Assembly: GCA_002633005.1 (NCBI GenBank)
Contig: NMRA01000007.1
Coordinates: forward strand, 634,362-698,361
DNA length: 64,000 bases
Source of the DNA: Phoronis australis
Taxonomy: Eukaryota; Animalia; Phoronida
Reading direction: 5' to 3'
The notes under the pieces are model-generated. The model did no database searches and had not been told where the DNA came from. It saw nothing but the letters and a program-made list of their open reading frames with translations. The translations under genes were made by a program, and so were the position numbers. Shown here one piece after another: positions 53,151-64,000 of the stretch; position 1 is the stretch's first letter, and each line of letters begins with the position of its first letter.

Positions 53151-54288
53151 ACCCAAACACCAAGATACTAGCCATATGCACCCATATTTGTCATCCTTTT
53201 GAGTGTCGCATGGCATTGTGAATGACCAGTCAATGATCATTGACAGGTTCACTGCTCAGATTCACTTCTCATCTAGTAGTAGAGCCCCTATGCAGCAGTT
53301 CCTGATCATTACGTCATTTTTGATTAAGCGCATGTCATCGAGTGTTTAAAATTTCATTGAGCATAGTCGTATTAAAGTGTTTTAACTTTATGTCTCAGTA
53401 ATTGTACTCTCGACTCTGTTTCTTAAATCTTCCATGTACACTGATGTAAACACCGTTTTGTTGTCACGAGCACATGTTTCTACCATATTATTTCTTGAAA
53501 TACGATTGCAACTAGGCTGAGTGCTGACCAACATCTTTCAACTTACAAATACCACAATATCGCAAACGCTGGTATTTCTAAATTCCAAATGGTTGAGAAA
53601 TGAAATTATCATTCGTGGTCATAATCTATGTCGATTACCGTAGTTCAAGACACTGAGGTTTCGCTAAGTTAAGAGACTCAACTTTTGCAGGGAAAGAAAT
53701 TTCTAAGGCCAAGACTATTACACAACTTGAAATTGGTTATAACTTCAAGGGAAACTTTTCATCAATGGTGAATTGTTTGGCCTAATGTGGAAATTCAGTG
53801 TAAATTTTTAATGTTTTTCAAAAAGGAAAGAGGTCCAGCCAGTGTTTGGCCCCAAAGTGAAGGTATTGATGTCCTGCAAGAACAGTGAAAAGTATCGAGA
53901 TAGGCAAAACACAGTACGCAATAATATACTGCATACAATGTAACAGCAAAGCCACAAGATGTGCACATTGAGCTCATTATTTCAAAAACATAACTGCAGC
54001 GCTGGTTGGCAAACCAGCCATAGACCCACTGGAGGACTCGGATCCATTATAGACTTCCACCCCCACATCCTTCGCATTTTGGGCATGGCAATTCAAAACC
54101 AGCACCATTGTGCAAATCGCAGAAAGCCCAAGAAAGATCTGGCCACTTGTGACCCACTTATCTTAATCCCACACCTTGTGTTCATCATTCTATAACAAAG
54201 TAACAAAAACCAACTACGTTAATCCTGCTGTGTTAAATATGCGAAATGGCGTTACCAAACAATACAAATCAGGGTATGTCAAACTTAC

Positions 54289-54429
54289 CGAAATGCAGGA
54301 ATCCAAGGAACCCTAAGATTGCCTCCCAGTATTGACTCAATGTTTCTTCATCTGTAGTCCCGAACTGTTTAACCAGCGCTGCCCAGAGGATGAGAGTTTG
54401 TTTTGAGGTTAGTGTCGTCACCGGGTTGT
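54289..54429 (-). CDS. Exon (Y)NPVTTLTSKQTLILWAALVKQFGTTDEETLSQYWEAILGFLGFLHF
   Basis: atgcttctag acceptor, GTAAGT donor, 141 nt, phase 1-1. Confidence 0.7.
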
Positions 54430-56147
54430 CTAGAAGCATGAGCAAGATCAAAAAGTATGTAAGATAATGGCTCCAGTGAAAAAATATAGAAACTCCTCGA
54501 TTCCCATTAACAGATAGGAACTGTGTGTGGGAGAGGAACTACCTAACATGTGATTTGTGACGGAACAATACAGACAGCATCTGAGTAAGAAAAAACGGAG
54601 TTGGTAACACAAACACTGACATAGTGACGATCTAAAAAATTCATTGGCTTGGGTCCGCTTGCTGCTTTCACATCATGTGGTTAACGGATACCATCATGAT
54701 CCTTGGCTTACCAAATACTGACAAAAGCAAGAACGAATAGGCATCTGAAACGAACTATGGTCACCTTTTCATCTCAGGAAACCGATCACCTTTTTGTCAT
54801 CGGGAGATATTTCGAACATGAAAATATTTAATATATGCGCTAACTACAATCTACTCCGACCTGAAGCTAGCTTACCATGAAACAACAAAAGAGGGAGTGA
54901 GATACAAGGTCATAAATAATATACCATGAAATTGACAAACACACATGATACAAGAAGCTGTAGAGGTGGGTGACAATTTGCCAACCGAATCTGCCTGGTG
55001 TGCGACCACACATGCTTATATTATGTAATACAAAAACACATCTTACATTAAATATGGGTTACGGGAAGGTTTTGACGAGAAATTTAGGATTAAAAGGTTT
55101 TGCCAATAGAGCCAAGAGGGCCACACTCCAAAAATGTAAGAGTTACTCTCTCTATCTCACAATCTCTCTAAGGAATATGAATTCTTAAAGATGACGATGC
55201 TTTTCGGATAGTTTCAATTACTGTGGCGTACCCTAGTGGCATTTTTTTCTCCTTTGTGGCTCTTTCTCCCAAACTTCTTGCAGGATCTAATTGTTAAATT
55301 TGACTGGACAGGTGTATTTCTAGAAATGGGATAACAATTGATGAGGACTTTTGGACTGATCGAACTACCATTGTGGCTCTTAGAAACAAAAAGAAACAAT
55401 TTTTTTACTTTTTCTTGAGCATTCTCTGATGGATTTTATTTCAGAAATGTTTTCAATTTTGGATGCATTTGATGTATTGTATGTCACCTATTGGTCATTT
55501 GTTCAGCAGGTGACATAGCCAATAATTTAAATCTATCTGGGAAAGGGAGGGTATCATCATCTCTTAAAGGGAATCCTACTTGCTTATTTTCACCGAAATC
55601 TGTCAAGGAACTCTGAAGGCAAAGTGGTAAACGTAAAAAAATAAAATTGCCACTAGGGGGCACGCTGGTAGTCGAATGTGTCAAAATATTCACTCATGCT
55701 GTCCCAATTATGATAGAAACATCTTTGAAAAATTTTGCAAATATCTGTCAAGGCCTTTTGGAGATATATCAACCGATGCCGGACAGATGGCGATGAAAGC
55801 ATAACCAAGTGCTCGCAATGCTTAATATTTACAACACTGGTCGCACATCGGACATCATTCCCTAAAATCACTCACTGCACATGCCAAATGTCTTGAGGAC
55901 ATTTTCAAACTGATCTTCTTCCTATGAATTATGAACAACATCCAAGTAAAAGTTATGGTAGGGCTGCCATTGCTTCACTGAACTGTAGGGTAGGAAATTC
56001 ATCGGTTTTGATTTAAGCACCCTCTTTCCATCATTGGGACTCATTACTTAACCTAAAAACTCTATGATTTCACAAAAACAGGATAAGAGAAGCAATATTG
56101 ATTCGAACATCTCTGAAAAAGGTCATTGAAGAGAAGGTGGATACCAC

Positions 56148-56337
56148 CAGCCGGCTACACAGTACCATGGTCTCAACTGGCCGCAATAGAGACAGTGTTA
56201 CTCTCCATCAGCCGGCTAGACAGTACGACGGTCTCAACTGGCCGCAATAGAGACAGTGGTACTCTCCATCAGCCGGCTAGACAGTACCACGGTCTCACCT
56301 AGCCGTAATAGAGACAGTGGTACTCTCTATCAGCCAG
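56148..56337. repeat. 61-bp tandem repeat, 3 copies
   Basis: cagccggctagacagtac..cggtctcaactggccgcaatagagacagtggtactctccat starts at 56148, 56209 and 56270. Confidence 0.9.
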
Positions 56338-56814
56338 CCTCCACCAAGTGTTGGAATTTACATCAAATGACATCCAGTTTCAACAAGAGCAACACAAAGT
56401 GTTGATATGCACCCCCAGTGCACTGCACACGGCGTGTTTCTAGAGGTGCTTATCGGTTTCATAGAGTGACCACAAGGGAGAGCTGCAGCAGTCAGAGTTG
56501 AGAAAAAGTGTGGGAGCTGCATCAGTCACACTTGGGGAAAAGTGTTTGGGTGCGCAACCTTTCAAACCTAACAATTCTAAGTTTAAAGATTAAACAGTCT
56601 ACGACATTTGCAACAACGAAGTAAAACATGCTACGAAGGGAAAGCATGACGCATCCAAAAAATTGCAGGTGTACATCCTTCATTAAGAAAACCATGAGGC
56701 TTGGCAGGTACCAACAGACATATGGGCACACGCAGTCTGTGTTATGCTGTTTAAGCCGGGTTTTGACATTGGAATGCCAATCATGCATTAACTTTAAGAA
56801 CGACCTATACTTAC

Positions 56815-56997
56815 ATCCCATGAAATTTTTAAGGGTGGCGATATCATCGGACGAGAATAGGAGTGGGTCATTAACAGTCTTCATTACAGCTAATGCTAGC
56901 TCCAATTTAGGCCACAGGGTAGCGTACTGCCACATCTCGAACTGCAGCGACTTGCGTTTGATCTGATCCTTTCGTTGGTGTTCACAGGTCATGTTGA
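56815..56997 (-). CDS. Exon beginning Tg1 domain 2 (NMTCEHQRKDQIKRK...) and the helical insert
   Basis: ccttcatttag acceptor, GTAAGT donor, 183 nt, phase 1-1. TCEHQR matches the first-Cys helix of Tg1 domains. Confidence 0.75.
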
Positions 56998-58117
56998 CTA
57001 AATGAAGGAAGAAACACTTGAAAGAATAATTAACATGGCCGGCCTACTTTAAGGCCATGAGTAACCTCAAAATCTGCATAACACTCCCTAACGGAAATCT
57101 CAGAAATGAATGATTGGATTCGAACAAATTGGTAATATATTGATTTTGCAATATTCTGTAAAACACTGCTAGGAACTATTTCCAAGAATTCCATTCTGGG
57201 TAATATGCTATCAACTCAACAACAGATTTCTGCAATTGTCATGACAACTAAAGAGTTGTATTAAACAAAAGCAAGTCAAGCATTTGTTAAAAATGACCAA
57301 AGTGCCTTAGATAAACGCATTTTTATTGCCAAAAGTTTATACCATAATTTTTTTTAAAGATAAGCAAGAGGAATATCGTAGCAACACTTTTCAACTTAAA
57401 AATGAACTTTTGTACGGTACATGACGGAAAGTAGCTTCGGCATTTCTTGCTATGACCTTGACAATGCGATCAAGGTTGCCAAAATCGGGTGGAGCTGGGA
57501 GTAACCCATCCAGCCACAACTTGTAACAACTACGGGTATATGAACATAAATATAGAACTTCTTTCTAGACATTATGCACTATCCCATTCAAATTTCACTG
57601 CATTGTGTGGAGACTTTAAGATCACTCTGTTTCGGAGCCCTCTACACGCATCGTGTCACCCCATTGTGTTGCTCAGGCACGTTGAACACTAGAGATTGGG
57701 ACACAACAAAGGAACAGCTATGTCATGTAGTTGCAATGCTCATTATTGCTTGATGAAATGAAAATACTCCAAGTATCCATGTTGTCGTGATGTGCTTTGT
57801 TTGTTGGTTTGTTTGTTTGTGCACACTCTGCAGATCGCACTTTGCTTGACGTGTACCTTGTCAAAATCTCGAGACCTATAATTGCTTTTGGGTGAAATCA
57901 GACAAAAGGTGCCACTGTCAGACATTTTTCAAATTTTTGCTTTGCAGAGCTCTATCTCTGCAGTCCCTTGATGGATTCTACGTCATTAAGAACTATTGGA
58001 AGTGTGTGTTTCAGGTTTTTCACTACAACTGATCTCGAGTTATGATTGATTGTTCTTTTATTTTGTTTCTTATGGTGCCACAGCTCTGTGGTCCTTTAAC
58101 TAATCAGTCTGAAAGTT

Positions 58118-58395
58118 TAATTTATAGTAAAACGAGCGTTGGTCCTAAAAAGGATTAAAATATCCCCACGTTTCGAGTGATGTGCTCTTTGTCAAGGGTG
58201 TGCTACAGACTGTTGAGTACATGAAGATGGATTTTTTTAGATCCATCTACATATTCTCAGCAGTCTGTATCACACCCTTGACAAAGAGCGCATAGCTCAA
58301 AACGTGGGGATATTTTAATACATTTTAGTACCGACTAGTTTTACTTAATATATTTTTATTCGTCGGTAACTGCACGACATTTCTACATCTATTTA
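58118..58395. mobile_element. Palindromic Penelope-pLTR-like insertion with 12-bp target-site duplication
   Basis: Imperfect inverted repeat 58126-58345, flanked by agtctgaaagtt at 58106-58117 and 58396-58407. The arms carry TTGACAAAGAGC...CTC(G/A)AAACGT. Confidence 0.6.
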
Positions 58396-60126
58396 AGTCT
58401 GAAAGTTGCCGTCAGATCTCGTCAAGTGCTACAAAAGGTTTACATAATAAGTTTCTAGCTCGAGATTTACTGATAACTGAGGTCCAACACTCAGGCATAT
58501 TTCTTAGGCTGCAACAGTCATACGCTGCACAGTTCAAAAACAAAATGAAATCTATACCATTGATGTTATTCGCCAGACCTACCGACATGAAATTGACACA
58601 AAGCATGTGACTGTGTTGTTAATAGCTCCAGGCCTATTTTTATCAGTTCGAATTGGATCTCAACTGAGATGGCAATGTGGTGTTCATTTTTAAGTTTAAT
58701 TTTCACTTTGCAGAGACGTATCTCCCGTGCCCGAGAACTTTTTGAAATTTGGTGTGTAGATGGATCTTGTCTTACTAGTTTTATGTGTATGTGTCAACCA
58801 TTTTTGTTACAATTTACAGTTCTCAAGGTTTTCAAGATTTTCAGGTGACTTTCTCTTTAATTTATTGATTTTGGTGGCGTAACTTCAGTGTCTGTAGACA
58901 AGTATTTCTGAAATCTGGGATGTGGAAAGATCTTGTCAAGCCCTATCTGCAGTACCCAACTTTTTCTCGTTCCATCTTACAGTTCTCAAGCTATTTAAGA
59001 TTTATTAGTCAGATGACTGTTCTTTCATAATAAAAAGCCCTTTGCCAAGACCAGAATGCTCAGTTGAAGCCATCTGAAAGTGTACTGGTGCAGGGCAACC
59101 ATTCATGACACATCCCTCAGTGTCAAAAGTTTCATTACAATCCCTCAATCAGTACTCTAGGTATCATACTGAAACACCCCTTGTCAAGACCAAAATGGCC
59201 ACTAGTAGGTGCTGCAGTGATTGAATATCCCTCATCTGAAAATCAAGTGGTGCCACTCTGTGTGACGTTCTGTTGAAATATGTCTATTGGGTTTTTACAG
59301 ATAATTTGGAAACAATCTTCCCACAAAATACTGAAAAGCCCTACGCCTTGGACCGCGTGCAAGGCAAATTAAAAAGTGGGATGAACTGCCAAAGCAAATT
59401 AAGCCATACATTCTTGTGCCAAATTTTATCAAAATGTGATTGAATCTTCACAATTGGTTCATTAGACATCATTTGGAAACCCCTGGTTAAGTACTGAAAA
59501 AAGGGCTTTAGAGATGCTGCATTGATCGAATCTGATGCCCAAAAATCGACTGGTGCATGTGCACTGTTGACAATTATCTCTGTGTCAAGTTTCACTGAAA
59601 TACATCAATTGGTTCTCTAAAAGATATACGGAAACGCTGTTTCTCCAAAAGTACTGAAAAATCCTATTGCCAAGCTCAAAATGACCTCAGTGTTTGTTTC
59701 AGTGAAATCTATCTATCGGTCTTCTAGACCTATTAATGCTCTTCCCCAAGGAGATACCAAAAAGCCCAACGCCTCTGGTTCTGGGGGTTGGGGCATATTG
59801 ACATGCACTGCGCTAGTGATGCCCCACACCAATGTACCAAATTCTATCAAGATGTTGAGCAGACACCTGGAAAGGGTTATGACAACAAACGACAACACAC
59901 ACACGCACGCACACACAACATTTAAATAGTTTACGTGGGCACATAAAAATATCACAAGTTGGTATAGCATTTGGTCACACTCTTTTGAAAATTGACAAGT
60001 ACTTTAATTCTTTTTGAAGTATTAGTAGCAACACAGCTTTAAGAAGATTCTTCCAGAACTTTTTTCACAACACCCTGATCTTCACTGTAACTTTTAAAAT
60101 TCTCGACGTGCAAATGTGTGGCTTAC

Positions 60127-60291
60127 ACCTAGGACATCTGTTAAGCTTTTTTGACTCTGGATTTGTCAAATCATGAAGTTCCATTCTGCAGGCCCCGCAG
60201 GGGTTCATACGGCACACAGTGGGTCGGTCACAGCTGACACGGCTGCAGTCGAATGGGTCGCATCTTGCCACACGGACGCTCTTTGGGCAAA
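60127..60291 (-). CDS. Exon encoding 8-Cys module (copy 1)
   Basis: CPKSVRVARCDPFDCSRVSCDRPTVCRMNPCGACRMELHD...NRC. ttttctgtcggtag acceptor, GTAAGC donor, phase 1-1. Confidence 0.9.
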
Positions 60292-61253
60292 CTACCGACA
60301 GAAAACATCAAGAAATTTCACAAAAAGATCTTCAAAAATAATGTAAAATAATCCCAAAGCCGAAACCTACTGGCATAATTGCATTTTAATAGGGGACTTT
60401 TCATCTTGGCACTCTTCAGAGTAATGAGAGCAAGAAAGAGAGTTCCACTTGATTCCGACTCAGATAGAAATTTACTGCAGCAGTGGTTCATTAGTTTAAA
60501 AGCAGTGTCAACTCCTCTCGTTATTTGATTAGGTTTAAATAAGATCACATAATTATTTATTTTAGGTATTTGGCATCGGCTGGGATCAAAATTTTCCTGC
60601 TTCATGGGTTGCAACCACCGACTATGCAGCCGCGGATTCTTCAATTACTGCTGGTTTGCCTTCCATAGTAAACACACTGTACATCAGGGATAATTTGCAG
60701 GCATTATGATAGCGGCAAAGGTCATGCTCAAAACACCCCCTTTAAATGAGATAAAGATCAGTTTGGAGAATCTGACATCTTTTAAATTTTTCCAATGTCG
60801 CTAGGTCACCTGTACCAGAGTTCTATCTATCCATATTCCATTCAGAATAGGGGATAGTTATCAATAGAGTGACTCTATTCACTTAGGTCACATAGTGAGG
60901 GTAACAGTTTCTTATCAGATCATATCTAAATAGAAGGTTTGAAAGCACCCAGGCTCTATTTTCCGTTTTCTTTTTGAGACATGAAAACCCGGTTGAAGCT
61001 ATAAAATCGGAATGGTAGAGTAAAAATTAGACTGTATGGGTTGCTCAATTTTCACAATTGGTCAAATAAAAGCAATTTTGTCAACACTAGAAACCATGCT
61101 GCTAATGAAGTGTTTTCAATCTTATCTTTTGAGGAGAAAATTGGCATAATGGAACTTCACTTGACTGTCAACAATAGTGTGCTAAATAATTGAAGTATTA
61201 CATAATTGTAATCCTACAACACAATCATGTATTTGTGGGTGTATAAAACTTAC

Positions 61254-61286
61254 TTTTCTCTGAAGCTTGTAGCGACTTGTGGGCTC
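61254..61286 (-). CDS. 33-nt linker exon (G)AHKSLQASEK
   Basis: ttgtttttag acceptor, GTAAGT donor, phase 1-1. Confidence 0.65.
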
Positions 61287-63354
61287 CTAAAAACAATGAG
61301 CAGATTTGATTTCAGAACAACATTACAATTAACTCCAATTTAGTCTGTATTCCAGACGATACCGGATTTTCAGAGGCGTGATATCAATTCTTCTGTTAAT
61401 TGCCAGGCTCAGTCTTTTGTCCGATGTCACAACGCAAACGCAAATTAGCTACCACCCTGAATGAATACATGTAAACAGGCATAGACTCAAAACAGTTGTC
61501 AACAAATAAAAACAATTTTTATAATTCTAGCTAGTTCTTTCCTGAAAGAAGGATTCTGCAATTAAGTACTATTCACATGAAATTCAATTCCAGAAGCTGA
61601 AACAAAAAATTACTAGTTTTCTGTCCTTGACATTTCAATTTATTTCAGCCACCACTTTTTGCCCTGAAGACATCACTAATCCAATAATTGCCATACACAA
61701 CACACTAGGAGCTTAGATCAACTTTCCGGGGACATCAACAGTGGACAGCGACACTGGTTTTCCCAGTTGATGTAGAGAAGCATTGTTCAACTATAAGGTA
61801 CCACTGAACAGACTGGTTTCATAACGCAGTGTTCTCCACAACAGAAAATTTTAACTCGAATGGAATTACAAAATTCATGTTTATGTCCGAAAGTCCATGT
61901 CCATACTGTGATGAGTTCGTGTTTAAAGTCTTGGAATAATGCATTGAATTGTTACCAAAAGGCCAAAATATTGTAATCTCCCAAAACTTCTCGCTGTATC
62001 AGCTTTCAAACTCGACGCAAGGAAGCCAAACTCATCATAGCAAAATTCAAACTCGATGAAGTGACGAGTCAAAACAGGTTGTGGAGGACAGTGCTAATGG
62101 TCTTTGTGTGGTCGTATTCAAAAAGCGTATCTTTGACAAGAATCACTGAAAGTTAGTGCAATGGGCCATTACTGATTATCAATAACATTCATTTCTTGTC
62201 GGAATATCTTGGGCGAAAGTTGACCTATTTTTTCACAGAGCGTCAAGAATGGTCTAATTTTAAGACTCCAAAACAAAAATCTGAAAACCTGTCATGAAAT
62301 AGCAAGTAGCAAGGGGAAATTTGATGTTTTTGTTTTTGTTTATGTCTGTACCAGCAAACACAACATGTCCAGGTAACACATCACATAGTGATATTTGCAA
62401 GAGTTCATATATTTGTACCTACGACATCGAATCACTGATTGTTTACATTTCGTAAGCCCACTAGTTAACCATTTTTGGGGATTTTGATACTTGAACCAAT
62501 AGAGTTACGTCTGATGACAAGTAAACTTAATCAAGGCGCACCAACTCGAGCAATAGTTCATCCTCGGGCACATGAGGGCTTGGAGACTAAAAGACTTGAT
62601 GTTGTAACAAACATACAGCTTTCCAGGGGGGGTTCTGGGGTGAAAATGCTCCAATTCCAATAGAACGTGTGCAAAAGATGTAACAGAATAGTTTTGCTAA
62701 TGAATTTCATGAAATTCGAACTACGAAGAGATATTTTGCAAACTGATAAAGGCAACGAAAATCAAGAGGTATGTAAATGACAGCTACGTATTTGAAGTCA
62801 GCTGAAATCATCGTCTTCCTAAAACTGCTTTGAGGTGGTGTACCATACGCCCATACTCGTTCTCCTAAAAACGCTGTAAAACTTGAGGACTGCCGGAGAA
62901 GTGACGTCATGCCAATGTAAAAAGCTTAGAGGTTGGTATAAATAGACAAATTAGATTTCAGAAATGAAATTGAAATTAAATAACTCATAAGTAAAGCCTT
63001 CATGTTTCACGAAATGTTAAAAGGCGAGCTATGAAAAACAGTCATTTGACAAAAAACAAGAAGATTGTTTTTATTTTAAAAATCTACAAAGGTTGACAAT
63101 TATCTAATTGGATGAAACCAAAACTGCCCCAGAGCTGCAGGAATTCAATTTCACAAAAATTGTAAAATCGTTACTCACAGGCACGGCATAAACAAATGTG
63201 TACACAATTGCCGTGCATCCGTCTTTTCCTCAATACATGACACTCTTTTCACAGCTTCGATACACAGCTCAGGGCGGCAAGACCAGCTACAGTGAAAAAT
63301 TCTTAAAAATAGACAATCCGTTTTTAAGCGGATATCCTTTAACGGAAAACATAC

Positions 63355-63479
63355 CAGAACAGTTTGGAACACCCCTGGTCACAGTTTCTGGACGTCTTTT
63401 GCCATCAGGAGTTGTACACCAGCACAAACCTGTGCCGTCCATACATTGTACAGTCTGCCAGTCACCAAACAATGTGCAC
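63355..63479 (-). CDS. Exon encoding the C-terminal part of thyroglobulin type-1 domain 1; gene continues beyond the window
   Basis: CTLFGDWQTVQCMDGTGLCWCTTPDGKRRPETVTRGVPNC (QC and CWC motifs). cttttaacag acceptor, GTATGT donor, phase 2-1. Confidence 0.9.
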
Positions 63480-64000
63480 CTGTTAAAAGTGAGGAATGAC
63501 ATGTTTATTATCAACACGCTGCGCATTTTAAAGTAGCAAGGACCAACAGAGGAACAACAATTTGGCAAGAAGTGCGGATGTCATTATAATATTGATCAGA
63601 CATGATTACTTTTTCTACAAAAAGGTAATAAAACTGTTGTTTTTAAAAAATATAAGTTCACTAAACTCTTTTGTAACTTTCAAGTAACTTTAAGATTCGT
63701 CAAAAATGTGCAACTTTATACGTGTGAACTTTTTAGATTTTGAAAACAATTAACACAAAAATAAAATTGACTCCCAAAGTATTCACAAAAAGTATTTACT
63801 AGAAGCATTACAAAATTCGGCTCACCATAGCAACGTAAGAAAAAAACAAGTAGATAGGAGTATTAAAATAAAGTCATGAAAACTGGTATGAAAAATACGT
63901 TCCTTTGGGAAGTGGCCCTTTGTCAAGATCAACGCAAATTACCTTTTTAGTTTTTTTTGTAATATTTAAAATGTACCAAGTTAAAACTGCTCTCCACATT

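Overview
AT-rich, repeat-rich animal genomic DNA, most likely an invertebrate given the spliceosomal introns, Penelope-like elements, LINEs, Helentron/HINE-like repeats and Kolobok element. There are two N-gaps (3830-4449 and 42062-42699). The main feature is the 3' part of one large minus-strand gene that enters from beyond the right edge and runs from 63479 to a stop at 21786. I reconstructed about 21 GT-AG exons by hand, and their phases join without stops into roughly 1060 aa. The product is a predicted single-pass type I membrane protein: thyroglobulin type-1 (Tg1) domains interleaved with three copies of an 8-Cys module, then a SEA-like juxtamembrane domain, a transmembrane helix and a short tail. 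The second Tg1 domain appears split by an insert of about 500 aa. The insert comprises helical exons, a basic Gly/Arg/Pro-rich 23-aa repeat array with an N-glycosylation sequon in nearly every unit, and three recently duplicated Thr-rich exons. The rest of the window is mostly decayed transposons, including Penelope remnants with hammerhead-ribozyme-like motifs. All exon calls come from reading the sequence only and lack transcript support.
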